DNA of 64,000 nucleotides from Fistulifera solaris (lineage: Eukaryota): positions 1 to 64,000 of the forward strand of contig AP026149.1 in the NCBI GenBank assembly GCA_030295235.1, in the 5' to 3' direction. Below the pieces are notes generated by a model that worked only from the letters and a program-made list of their open reading frames with translations, did not search any database and was not told where the DNA came from. A program made the translations under genes and the position numbers. Positions within the stretch are counted from its first letter, which is position 1. Every line of letters begins with the position of its first letter. Shown here one piece after another: positions 49,218-62,188 of this stretch.

Positions 49218-50923
49218 ATGAAGTTCCTTTGCTGTCTTATACTCGTTGCCGGAAGCGCATCGGCTCTTATGACGATAAAGCCGACGATGCCAACGCAACG
49301 GAATATCGTCCTTCGTGCCTCGAAATCATCGGAGACTCATATTGTGGTAGTGGGCGCAGGCTGGCCGGGTTGGGGAGCGGCGAAAGCCGCGTGTGAAGCT
49401 CGGTGCTCGTGTCACGTTAATCGATGCGTTGCCGGATCCGCGTATTCCCTACTTATCATCGACGGGCAAACCCGTCGAAGCCGGAAACGCGGGGATTTTG
49501 GAAAGATTATCCGAACATACAAGCCTTGTGTCGGCAACTGAACTTGCAACCGTTTACGCCCTTCACCAATAGTTCGTTTTATTCTCCCGACGGTTTGGAA
49601 GCGACGGCTCCCGTCTTTGCGGAAAGCGGAATACCTCAATTGCCCTCTCCACTGGGACAAGTGCTGGCGACCTTTCCTTTATTTGAACGCATTCCCTTGT
49701 CCGATCGTGCCAGTATGGTCGGATTGCTTCTCGCTACAGTCGACTGTTTGGGGAATAGTAACAATGAAAAAGTTATGGAAGCGTATGATCGTATGACGGC
49801 GCACGATTTGTTTTTGCGGTTCGGTTTGAGTGATCGGCTGGTTCGTGACTTTATCAAGCCAACACTGTTGGTGGGACTGTTCAAACCTCCGGAAGAGTTG
49901 AGTGCATTGGTTGTCATGGAACTGCTTTATTTCTATGCACTTGCACACATGGATAGTTTTGATGTACAGTGGATCCGAAATGGGACTGTAGCTGACAGTC
50001 TTTTGGGTCCTTTGGCGACGCACTTGGAGAACAATTACAATATCACTTTTCTGAGTCAAACGCGCGTCGAAACGATTGCAGTTGACCCAAAGACCCAATG
50101 TGTAAGCTCCATCACATTCCAAAGTGGACCGAATCGTCAAAAGAAAGGAAATACAACCACACAGACGTTGACCGATATGGATGGGGTCGTCTTAGCGTTG
50201 ACGTCAAAAGGGATGGAAAGCGTCGTTTCCAAAAGTCCCGATTTGGCCAAACACAACATGTTCAGTCAAGCTGCATCGTGTCCGGGTATCGATGTGATAT
50301 CCGTTCGACTGTGGTTCGATCGCATTGTACACACTCGCACTCCGGCCAACGTATTTTCACGCTTCGAAGGGCTCCGGGGGGCCGGTGGTACATTTTTCAT
50401 GCTGGATCAATTCCAATGTGAACATCAGCGCGAACTTTGGGGGCCCGATACTACATCACAGGGATCGGTGGTGGCGTGTGACTTTTATAATGCAAATGGA
50501 CTGATGCATTTGTCGCAAGAGGAACTGGTCCGTCTTCTCACTCAGGATTTGTTACCAGCGGCAGTGCCCGCCTTTGCCCAAGCGCAGCTCGTTGACTCGT
50601 GGGTGGGAAAATATCCAACGGCCGTGTCATGGTTTGCGCCCGGATCCTTTTCGAAACGGCCAACGCTGCACACTCCTATTGTCAATTTGAAATGCGCCGG
50701 AGATTGGGTTCGACTCGGCGACCGAGAGCACGGTGCGAAAGGTTTGTGTCAAGAACGGGCATTGGTGACGGGCTACGAAGCCGCCAACGCTTTATTGCGC
50801 GATTTCTCGGATTTGAATCCTCACGTTGTTTTGCCAGTGAGGAAAGACGAAGCCCAATTTCGCGCTGCGGTGGCACTGAATCAACAATTGATGCGGTTCC
50901 TGCCTCGATTTTGGGTACGATAA
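49218..50923 (+). CDS. FAD-dependent oxidoreductase (amine oxidase / carotenoid desaturase-like), probably plastid-targeted; frameshifts near the N-terminus
   Basis: Signal peptide ending SASA-L; IVVVGAGW.GWGAAK (dinucleotide fold); GFWKDYPNI; CAGDWV; CQERALVTGYEAAN. Confidence 0.82.
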
Positions 50924-51137
50924 AGACTTGTTGCTGACTATAGCATTAGCCACTGATTTCATAATTAAGGGACCTTATAAAAATCATAACTAAAAACACA
51001 CTGGGGCTTCGCTTTGATAGTATTATTACCTTGATTAATCAATTGCAGCAAGAATAATGTGCATTAATCGCTTGTCGTGTGGTTTTCACAAATAAGTCAA
51101 AACAAACGTTAATATGAGGAACCTCCATAAATGCTCA

Positions 51138-52735
51138 CTATATTTTTACCGCCACACCTGAGTCCTCTCCATGATTCATATCAAAACCCAACCAATCCAT
51201 GACCTGCTCTAAAATGACTTGCCGTGCTCGTTGTATATGAATGTCATCGGTACCCTTCGGCGGATGCGTCCAATAGTGATGACTGGCACCCGGTACAGAA
51301 TGAAAGGGCTGATGATTCGGCGGTGGATGTTCCGGACGAAACGCTAAAGTCGTCCAAGGATCTTCCGTCCCCGTCACACTGAGCACTCTCGTAGCAAACA
51401 TGTCGTAGCCCCCATACCGATTGTTGGTAGCGTGGACGTTGTTAGCTACATTGGTAATATTGAATGCAACACGACAAATTTCCAAGTCTTGTTCGAGAGG
51501 GTGCCATCCTCTTCCATACGGACAATTCGTATCGGGTAAACACGTTTGATAGTACCCAACTTCGGTACATGTTTGCCATAACCACGACCGCCATTCTTCA
51601 CGGGGCTGTGACAATTGATGCAATGTTTCATTCCAATCCAGTACGAGACAATCCATTGCACTAATTGATGATAGACGCATTGTACGCGACAACCACGCCA
51701 AAGCCGACCACTCCGCACCTTGCACCGCACGCGACACCAAGGCATCGCATACTTTGGCAATGTTGCACAACTCGTCAGTACAGGCCGGATCATTTCTTTG
51801 GACGTCCCATTGGATGACCCCGTCTCCTAAGAAGAGTTGGATATTTTTGTTTCCATCAAACTATCGACATCGCAGAGTTGAAATTCCGTCGCGAGCAAGC
51901 CATGATAGTCGGGTTGCCTTACCAAATGGTTCAATTGATCATGACCCTGTACAAAGACGTCATAGCAGGCAGACGAACCACCCAATTGTTCATTTTGCAA
52001 ATTCGCTCCCACTGCATCATTGTACGAAATCATATTGAGTGTGGCTTGTACTGGAGCGGAGGAACTCACGGCAGCCGAAACAAGGTGAGGAAACTTCAAA
52101 CGCAACAAAGCTGATAAATATCCTGGATAACTGGCGCCGAACGTGACGACTGTAGCATTCTGCGACTGTTGCTGCAAAAAGTACGCTGCGTCATGCAAGG
52201 CTTGATCACTGGACAAGTAACGCAACTTGTCGTTGGTGTAATAATCTTCCGAAAAGGGCTGCGATGTTCCGTAAAAGCGATGTTCGAGAGCATACAAATG
52301 AATGTTGACATTCCATATTTCGTGCAAATATTGGGCTGTATACAACATATCTCCGGAACAATGGACACTGTCGATTAAGACAGAAGCATCGAGCGGAGGT
52401 CCTTCGCCTCCGACGCACAAGAACATGTATTCAGCAGCTTGTTGCCGTCTGGACTCCTTCATCGAATCATCATGATATTTTTGAACAAATTTATTAGAAT
52501 AAAAGTAGCGCTGTTGCCATGTACGAGTATCTTGATGCTGGAAATGATCTAAATATTGCGTGAAGTACAATTCTTGCACGTCCGGCGACGATGTTGTATG
52601 AAGAGGCTTCGGCTTATCGACGGAAGAGGACCGCGACGAAAGCACCTCGACCGCGCGAAATCGAGGAATCGCTAGTGTTGATTCCAAACCGACTAGTAAA
52701 GCAAGTAACACGACAGCATACTGATGCAGTTGCAT
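51138..52735 (-). CDS. Serine carboxypeptidase family S28 (frameshift near 51830)
   Basis: Signal peptide; QYLDHF, QRYF, GGEG, LEHRFYG, FGASYPG, SSAPV, QTCTEVGYYQT, DPW, GASHH. Confidence 0.92.
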
Positions 52736-53094
52736 TGTTTTACTTGACTTCGTCCAAGAGATACGTTATTAATGATAAAGTAATGAACGGAGTGAAAATG
52801 GATTGAGAGTTGCGAAAAGAAGCCCAGCGTCGCAGCGTAGTGTAGGCCTGAGTCACGAATAAATTGATTTCGTTTTTTATGGCCCCATCTCCACATCACA
52901 AAAACAATCAAATTTTGAGCTCTGTCAAAAATAACACGAGTCCGCTAGAGTCGTATTTTATCTTTCAAGTTGTGGCATCGGGAGGCGCTCAAATATCTCT
53001 TTTACTACTGCATAGAATGTTTTCTCGTCGCCAAAGGTGAACTCATTGCCTATTTGATCTTCAAAAATAGTTTTGTAATCAAGATCACTTTGAT

Positions 53095-53648
53095 CTACTT
53101 GCTTATCCTACTACAAAGACTTGTTCTTCGTTGGGGTTTCAAAGGCATCCTCCATTCCGAAGATGAGCTAGGATCCAAAATATCGGAAGAATGCACCCAG
53201 CGATGGCCGTCCATCAAGAAGGGCGGTTCGATTTTTCGTTGAGACGAATATTGGTCGTTCATAAATACATCGCAAGTGCTTTCATTAGCGTCCTCATCGA
53301 GCAAACTTTTTCTTGTCCCCATCAGTTTACCAAAAATCGAACGTTCAGAAGAAGCACTATGATCACTCGGGTCCGTGGTCGTCAACATGGATACCGAGTC
53401 ACTCGAATGCAGTGACAAAGAGGACGTGTATTTACTAAAGTACGATGACTGATTCGACAGCGCATTCCTTTTTCTATGGAAGACGAGCCGACTGGCGACA
53501 AGGAGGATACTTCTAGTCGGGCCTCATTTTTGTCACAGCAACAATTGTATTCGCCACTGCTCACTTGACGCTGTGGTATCGACGGTGGTAATAAGTCCGA
53601 CGAATGAATATCATGATAAAGATGAGAAGACGAAAATGAAGCTTGCAT
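53095..53648 (-). CDS. Hypothetical Ser-rich protein with PxxPxRxxS motifs
   Basis: PSIPQRQVS and PLKPQRRTS in adjacent frameshifted ORFs. Confidence 0.45.
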
Positions 53649-54237
53649 GGTGACGAATTGTGTTGGGTTGTGAATTATTTCAATGGTGTCCGCTCTCGTT
53701 CTTCTGGGCGTTTTTGCTCCTGTCGCGTCGCGGATGGCAGTTTGTAACAAAACATAAAACATACAAATAGAAAGCGAATGGTGACAGAAACTGTGTATCG
53801 GAACATTGGTAATTAAGGAGTGTACAGACGCACTCGAAAACAAATCCGAAAGGCATTTGGTCTTGGTCGAAAGGGTGCCTTTGGGGAAATAGCAATGGGG
53901 AACAGAACACTATATTATATCCTTTCGCTTACACTGGGCTTTAGACATCTCCGCCTGACGCCGGAAATGGGAATGACAATAATACAAAAAGCCGGGTGAA
54001 GAAAATATGCATGATGCTGGTAAAAGTAGTTTTCTGTGGAAAAAGGGGGTTAGCTGTTCGTCTGCAGATGGCGGTCAGCTAGCAACCTAGAGAACTTATT
54101 TCTATTACTTCCTTTAGTCGATACGGGTTTTACGATCAGATAGTAATGATATTGGCAATGTAGGATCCTTTATCTATCATCTATTTAACGTCCTTTCCTG
54201 TAAGCCGGCAATTAGAAATCGGCCAAACAGGCATCCA

Positions 54238-54712
54238 TCATCTTGTACGCCGTAAGGGGAAATCGGAAGGTGCACCTTTACCAGGTACTGGTACCTGGTA
54301 GTATGCCTCGAGAAAAATGAAAATGCGGTTTTTCTGTAGCAATGGTTGCAAACTATCTTTTCGTTGAGGCTTAGAAGGCATCGAGCGCTCGGAAGATGCT
54401 TCGCGATTTTGTGGTGCAGAAAACCTATGTGACCATCCTCTTCCAAAACGCTTACTCCGGAGTATGTCGCTTTCCTCATCAGAGCTGAAGTATAGCGTTC
54501 GGGTATCCATGAGAAGCCACGCGTCTTGTCAACATACTTCACTCTACTTGGGATCGTGAAAAATTTGTTCGTTGTGCCATCGGAAATTGACTATTGTTTA
54601 GAGTGGAACTATTGGCGAATCTTCTTTCGCAGATAGTTCCAAACAGATAGAGGACTTGAAAGATCCAGCAAGTGCGGAACCCAATGATTTGTTTTGGTGT
54701 TCATCAAACATC
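54238..54712 (-). CDS. Hypothetical protein or exon with PxxPxRxxS motif
   Basis: MPSKPQRKDS. Confidence 0.35.
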
Positions 54713-54951
54713 CTAAAAACAAAAAAATGGGTCACCAGTCGCCAGTCCAGAGACTCTAGTATCGTCCGCCGTCCTTTTTAAACGGCAGAATCATCGTTTA
54801 TAAAAATGTTGTGCTGGTATCTGGTATGCGGAGATCCGTTTGTCACAGCACTATCCTTAAAATACCCGGAAGAGACGCTATTCTAGCGTAGATAGTGTTT
54901 CCGCAATTGGCTATAAACAAGTTGCTAGGTTTTATTAAACTAATAGTTTGC

Positions 54952-55570
54952 CTAAACTAGGAATTCGGAGCTGGTAGTTCGCTTGGGCATAGAAGGCATG
55001 TGAATTCCCGATGAGACTTGCTTTAATCGCAAGGACCCCGTCGACTCGTAACCCGAGCTGAGCCATCGTGTTTGAGGGAGACTTAAATGCTTCTTCTCGA
55101 AACGATTGATGTTTTGGGAGAAGTCAAAGTCCATCGATGAATCGAGGAGTAACACCTCGACTTGTTCCAACGTCTTTTTGAGTTTAGAGGAATCTTTCGA
55201 GAAGAAAATATTTTTGCGGTCGGAAGGATTCGAAATGACAGGTGTTGTCATATCGTAGCTTTTATCGCTGATATTTTTTGGATCTTGGCAGTCCCAAGGT
55301 TCGGGAAACGACGCATTGTGCGTAGACCCTTGCACACTGCGTCGGCGAACGGGCTTGGACGGCATGCTGTCGATGGATAGAACGGAATCCTTTAACAGAT
55401 CCTTCAGCAGTAGACTCTTTTTGGATCGTTTTGTTGGTGAAAGAACATTATCGAACGCCTTTAACTTAGTGAGCGTAATGCTGGACCCACTTTTGATGGA
55501 GAAGTTCCCCCTGTTGTAATTTCTTTGCGATACGATGGAATGCTTCTGCTTCCGTTCTCGATTTGTGTGT
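54952..55570 (-). CDS. Hypothetical Ser-rich protein with PxxPxRxxS motifs
   Basis: MPSKPVRRRS and MPSMPKRTTS; reading frame extends upstream of 55365. Confidence 0.45.
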
Positions 55571-55954
55571 CATTAACGCTCTTTATCTTGACGCCTTGGG
55601 TGCCGCACATTTTCTACTTTAATCTTGGTTTCTTTCTTCGATCGATAGCAAAATAATGAATGAATTGCTGATAAAAAGAAAGTAAATGATGATATTATTA
55701 TGAACCTCTTGACAGCCATCAAAAGCTGGTTCTCCATTTTTACAGAAGGACCGATGACCGCAGTGAGTCAGGCCCGTTCCTAACCAAAATATCGTACCCA
55801 ATATCGTACACTTCATCGCACTCATTTCCGGGTCATCCCTTTTTTTTGTGCGATGGATTTCCATCGTACCCTCGCGTGCGATGGGGTACGATGCGATCCA
55901 TCGTATCCAAACTCGAACCATAAACTGGGAACCTTTTGAATAACAACGAATTGA

Positions 55955-56322
55955 TGTTGGCTTTTGGTATTCCAAAAACGCTCAGTCACGCACGACAATC
56001 AATCGTACGCGGGACAGTGCGCAGCAATCAACTTTGCACTCCGTTACTAAGCCTCGAAAACAAAATGATAAAACACAAAGTCAATCAAACTCTGTTTAAA
56101 TCGGGATTGTTTCGAGAGAATGAGCTCTCTCGAAACCGTGCACAACAACGCTCGCCCAAGTTACCGGTTTACTACTTTCATCGGCGATCTTTTTCGCCAC
56201 GGCATCGGCGTGTTCTCTACTTACGATCTCGCCGCATGCCTCCGCTAAGTAATCATCCTCCTGAATCACATCCGCGTTTTCCCTCACTGTCCGAAACGTG
56301 TTCGGTTCGATTATTACCAACA
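55955..56322 (-). repeat. 3' LTR of full-length Copia
   Basis: Near-identical to 61823-62188; purine-rich GAGGAGCG immediately upstream on the sense strand. Confidence 0.95.
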
Positions 56323-59300
56323 CGCTCCTCGGCCGGATTCGATTCGGGCAAGTCGAGGGAGCTAATGTGCTTGTATCCCATGATCACGTCAGCAGCTTGT
56401 AAAAAAGGTTTCCCTGTAGCGGCTTGGTGAAGAAATCAGCTAACATGCTCAACGTCTGACAGTGGCGAATCTCAATATCTTCCGTTTTGATCCTGTCCTT
56501 GATAAAGAAATAACGGATGTTGATGTGTCGCGACTTTGGTCCCGCCGACGTGCGTCCATTCTTCTCCAATTTAATCGCACTCTCGTTGTCCTGCTCCAAC
56601 ACATTTTCAACTATCTCATATCCTTGGGACTCGAGGAACATCTTTAACCACAACGTGTTGGGTAGATAGTCGCTCGCACCAACCAATTCAGCTTCGGTCG
56701 AACTCTTCGTGTTTAACTTCTGTTTCGTCGACTTACAGATCAATCCTCCAGTTCCGAAAGAAATGACCCCACCTGTGTGACTCTTCATGTCTGGATGTAC
56801 TGCATATGACGCATCTACCCAAGTGCGCGCAGTTTTCCAAGATCGTCGGCTCCTAAGGTAAACGCAATGTCTAAGGTTCCATTCAAATACTCCAGGACCC
56901 TCTGTAGCTTTTCGTAATCTTCCTTGGTCGACTTGGACACTCTGGTACAAAGGAAACACACTGGTAACAAAATATCCATTCGGGCCCTGGTGGCCACGTA
57001 TAGTAGTTTTGCCGCAATACTGTGAAAACGTTCGGCATCTTCCTTTTCCAAAAACGGGAGTTCTTCGTCCACGTCAAACAACTGTTTCTTTGCCGGGAGT
57101 AGCCGCGAGTGCGTGTCTTGTCTAGACCAAACTCTTCAATCGCCTCAAGAAGGTACTGCTTCATTTTGATTGTCGCTGTGCCATCACCATTGTAATTAAT
57201 GTTCATGCCAAGGAAGTTATGCTCGTTTCCGCGGGTGACACTCATTTTCCCAAATTTGGACTCAATCTTCTCGATCACCTCCGTCACAACATCCGGATCC
57301 TGGTGAGAGATCTTTGTATCGTCTACATACCACACGATGGTGCACTGCGATCCTTTTATCATGCAATTGGCCACGCACTGGTCGTACGGGTTCAACTCAA
57401 AACCCATGGACTCCAATTCCTCTGAAAACACTTTGTACCACAGAAGGGCACTCTTTACACATCCGTACAGGGCCTTGGCCAATCTCACGTACAGGGTCGG
57501 GACTCCGTTCTCTACTATGGTATACTGCTTGTACATCTCGTCCATTTCGCAAATGATTTCGACGGATTTCCCAGTAAATTTCATTAGAACAAAATCGTCC
57601 ATCTTTGCTTTCAAGTAAGCACCAGCAACGTCCGCCGTGCCAACATGGCGCCTCTCGAAAGCATCAATCATAATAGAAATGAGTAGCGCATCGGACGAAA
57701 CCGTGGGGGACGCCGTTTCAGTTTTGTCGTATAATTCCCTTTGGGGTCTACCATCTGCAACCGTTCTTCCCTTCAATGTTCCATCACGCTTTTCTTTTAG
57801 TAGGTTGATGGCTCTTAATGCTGATCGACGCTGCTCCGGCGTTAGTTCCCCTGCATGCATCGGGTAAAAAACATTGAGGTTGTGTAGTTGACGGAACTCG
57901 TTCATTAGCGCTTCTTCGGCTCGTTTTCCATGTTTTCGATACCCTTTCTTTTCTGACATCTGTGTGAACACTAACCCAAAAATCAGGCGCTGGACTACAT
58001 CGCTGTCAGGGGACTGCGGTAAGGCTTCTACTGCTTGCTGTAGTAAAGTCACCGGTGGAAGATACGACTGGTTGCTGTGTGGATTGTCCATGGCATCCGC
58101 AAAACGGGGATTCTGTCCGCTGCCGTTCACGTAGATGGTAGCCGTGGGTCGCTCCTTGAATTTCCGCTCCTTGGTCTTCCGCTCCTTGATTTTCCGCTCC
58201 TTCGTCTTCATCTGCAGCCGGGATTAACGCCTCATCTGGGAGTACGAGGTCATTAGGTTGGTCGTGTGGAAGATGGTCAAGCACCTCGGGCGGATTCTCA
58301 GCATCCTCGGGCTCGGGGGTCTGGGAAGTGGACGAAGAGTGGGTTGTCATTGTCGTCAGGCTCGTCTGCTTCGAAAGGTGGGTTGTTATTTTCGTCAGGC
58401 TCGTCTGCTTCATCAGCCAGAATCGCTCCTTGATGGTCGTCAGTGGGGGCAGACAGATCATCATCTGTAGGCTGAAGCAGGGAAAAAAGTTCGTTGTCGT
58501 CAATGGGAAAGAAATTGGCAGGGACGTCTTCATCGTCGGGGGTCAAGGCCGGGTGTGAAGTCGGGATCGTAGATGTCGTCGTCAACAGGGGGCGTCGGGG
58601 CGCCATTCAACGGCTAAACCACTGGATTGAATGAAAGGCATGCCATCGGCGGCGGCGAGGGCGTCGACACGAGCAATTGCGGTATCGGTAATGTGGAATT
58701 CCTGCCAGGACCGACGAACAACGCGAGCGCCGGTGGCAAGGGAAAGGAAGTAGTAGTCACCATTTGCATTGCCGGTGGGACCCATGGCAATGGCGCCCAA
58801 AGTGCGTGCTTTCACAGTGTTGGAAGGATCATTGTCTTCAAAGATCTGCACATAGGCACCAAAATCAAGCTTGAACTTGTTGTAGTCCGGCAAACCGCGT
58901 CCGGTGACAATCGTGGACGGGCTCAGTGTCTGGGAGACCCCATTCTTCCGCGGGAACATGTTGAGGCAATCCACAGTGTTGGCCACCAAGTGTTTGAGCA
59001 TGAGCTTGGGGAGACGGCGATAAGGCATGGCGTGGACTGCGGAACGGAGACGTACTTTGACTGTTTCAATTGAGCGCTCAACTTCGGGCACATGACTGTC
59101 TGGAGCGACTACATCGAGGTGAACAGGGGCGATATGTGGTCGGATACACTCAAACTCGGCGTCACAGTGGAAATCGCGGACGGTAAAACCTCTGGCCTCA
59201 TAGAGTCGTGCGACGTTCTTGCTCTCACGGACCATGACGGCTTTGCTGCGGTCGGCAACAGATTTGGCGGTGCGAAAACCAATGTTGCGAGAAATGGTGT

Positions 59301-61822
59301 GATAGAAGGGGATGCCCTCGACATAGAAGAAATCGGCGCAAATGGTAACATCGCGGTGATGTTGAAGGATGGGGGGCGGAATCGATACCGCTTTGAAAGT
59401 GGGTACGGGCGGCGCTGCTGTAGATCGTCGCGTGGTGCCTTTCACATGGGCAATGTCAGGGCCATAGATGAAGAGTGCGCGTTTGGCGTGCTCCGAAGTA
59501 ACAGGACAGTTCAGGACAAAATTCGAACGCAGGATGTGCTGGAACTCTTGCTCAGATGGGGCGTCCAATGCGGCCATAGAGCACACGAGCAGCATCCGCT
59601 TCTCCAACTTGTCTCTGGTTGAAAAACTGCTTCTGCTGCGCTACGGTTTGGAGAAGAGAGTAGGCACTAACAGATTCGCTAGAGTTAGGTTGGAAAATGT
59701 ACAAACCCATCGGGTGCTGAACAAACTTCATGATGGACCCATCGAGGCGGTGCACTAGTATCGCTGGCTCAGCTGTGGTGTCCATGGTGACACGACGAAC
59801 CGCGACTAACTTCAGCAAGGGACAGAATATTAGCAATTGACTCGGGATTGTACCATACTGGACCAAGGTTGGGGAAATCACCAATGAAAGAGGAGTTCTG
59901 GTGTCCACCGTTCGTTAGGGGCGTGCAGCATGTGCTCGCTAGGTCGAATGTTGGACAGCATAGCGGCGTTGCGAAAAACAGAAACAGTGGACTGGGAGTC
60001 CAAGAGGATCCAGTTGGGATCAATGGTAGCCGATGCGGTGTGGGCAAGGCTGAAACCCAGTTGGACGAGAGTGGTTCCGTTGGCAGCGGTTCGGGCAACA
60101 GTTTGCATAGTGCCCGGGCTTGTTGCATTCGTTGCAGGTGATATTGGGGTGTTCCTTTCCGTCGGTCCCCTTCACGGGATCGCCTTTCTGCACGAAGGTC
60201 ATCGCGCTGGCCTCAGGGCGTGGGTGCGGGAGCGGAAGCGGAATTGTTTTGTCCTCGCGTGTTGTTGTTGGTGTTCCGCGCTGCAGCCGGAATCTTGTAG
60301 TTTGCCAGCAGGTTGTACGCCCGACACAGGATCCGTGGGGTACTGGTCGTTGTCGAGCAAATAGGAGTTGGCCAAATCATTCTTTAATGCACCAAAACGT
60401 GCCTGGTCGGCGTTCCGGATGATGACGATGCCCAAAGTACGGTCTCGGGCCGCGTTGTAGCGTTGGATTGCGTCTTCCGTCGCGCGGGTAACGGGATCAA
60501 GCGTGACTGATTCTTCATCGCTCTCACTGTCGCTATCGCTGTCACTTCCTGTCAAGTTGCTATCTGAGTCGCTGTCGGATTTGGTTCCTTTCTCACCATC
60601 CACATCAGCGTCCGGGCCAGCAGCAGGAGGAGGAGAAGGAGCAGGAAGCTGCACCACAACAGGAGGGGGCGGGGTGTACCATCGGCACTTCATTGATTGT
60701 GCCTCCATAGGCCTCAATCGAGTCCGCCCAGTTCAGAAGCTCATCCACGTAGTCATCGACGGAGTCGCCTGGTCTCTGTTTACAGTTCAGAAAACCGGCG
60801 TGCGCTTCGACCAGGGAAAGGATTGGATTCTGGGTGCGGTCAAAACGGAGACTGATGGCCTTTATCTCTCGTAGTAGCCATGCACAGTCAGATTTTTCGT
60901 AAGCCTTCTTGTACTTAGGATGCGCTCGCAGCTTCGACAACATGGCCACGGTGCAGTTTCCAACGGTCGTGAGTGAAGATTTTCAAACGGTTTCCGCGAA
61001 TAGAGTCGCGACGGGCGTCATATCGCTTCTTGGCTTGCTTGTAGTTGAAGATTTTCGTCTCTCCGGCGTCCTTTCCAGGGTCTACGGGCTTTTTTTAACT
61101 TCGGGTTCACGATCTCGTCACCGAAGAGACACGCGACGTCTTCAGCGTGGGTGAGGGTTGCGTTGGAGTGGTGCTGGAGAGCCTCCAGAGCTTTCTTAAA
61201 ACGGTACTTTGAGCCTTTCTCGCCGTGGCACGCAAACATGTAGCCGTCCATGCCCGGGGTCTTTCCTACTTCTTTGGGGCGTCGCCGTCGGACGCACTTA
61301 CTCCCGACTTCGCTGTTGCCGCCCCCCACGATTTCCCCCCGGTTTCTGCGGTTCCTTCCACTGCGGCTCGTGCCAGAGCCATCCCCGCTCGTATTCTGTG
61401 CTTTCGGGTTTGCTGGCGCGGGAGAACTCATCCTTACGCGATGCGGCGTACGTTGCGCGGCGCTTCGCCACGTGCTGATTCCGGTCTCGGTGCGGGAGAG
61501 TGATGCGTCCTTCGCCCTGTCACAACGGCAAAAGTGGATTGTCGGTTAACCTCCGCGGTGTCCAAAGGCCAGTCCAGTATTGTGGTCGCCCGCACTCCGT
61601 TGAGGATTGACAGCGGTCGCCGACGGCAAGGGCCCGTTGCTCCTGATCCGGTCTCGCTCGGTCTCTCTCGTCGACTTCGCTCTCTTTGTAGCTCGGCGCT
61701 GGAGTTCCGCTTGACCAATCCGAAGTTCTTGAGTTTTCGTGAGAATGTCCCCGATGCGGTCGTCGTCCATTCGGGTTGGACGGGGTGAGCGTTGAGAAGA
61801 ATATTTTTTCTCTCGGAAACAA

Positions 61823-62188
61823 TGTTGGCTTTTGGTATTCCAAAAACGCTCAGTCACGCGACGACAATCAATCGTCGCGGGACAGTGCGCAGCAATCAAC
61901 TTTGCACTCCGTTACTAAGCCTCGAAAACAAAATGATAAAACACAAAGTCAATCAAACTCTGTTTAAATCGGGATTGTTTGAGAGAATGAGCTCTCTGAA
62001 ACCGTGCACAACAACGCTCGCCCAAGTTACCGGTTTACTACTTTCATCGGCGATCTTTTTTCGCCACGGCATCGGCGTGTTCTCTACTTACGATCTCGCC
62101 GCATGCCTCCGCTAAGTAATCATCCTCCTGAATCACATCCGCGTTTCCCTCACTGTCCGAAACGTGTTCGGTTCGATTATTACCAACA
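61823..62188 (-). repeat. 5' LTR of full-length Copia
   Basis: Near-identical to 55955-56322. Confidence 0.95.

Larger units (their letters stand above)
55955..62188 (-). mobile_element. Full-length Ty1/Copia (CoDi-type) LTR retrotransposon, TSD ATTGA
   Basis: LTRs TG...CA at 61823-62188 (5') and 55955-56322 (3'). ATTGA on both sides. Gag CxxCxxxGHxxxxC, PR ILLDSQST, IN ADFF...CDAEF...EVERSI, RT KGRTVADG/KALYG/YVDD, RNaseH WVDASY/SSTEAE/QDNESA/ADFFTKP. Confidence 0.96.

Noticed and set aside
39946..55963. Shared TGTTGGCTT terminus implying the two minus-strand LTR elements are one family
   Set aside because: Similarity stops after 9 bp; LTR bodies, PBS and RNaseH sequences differ.
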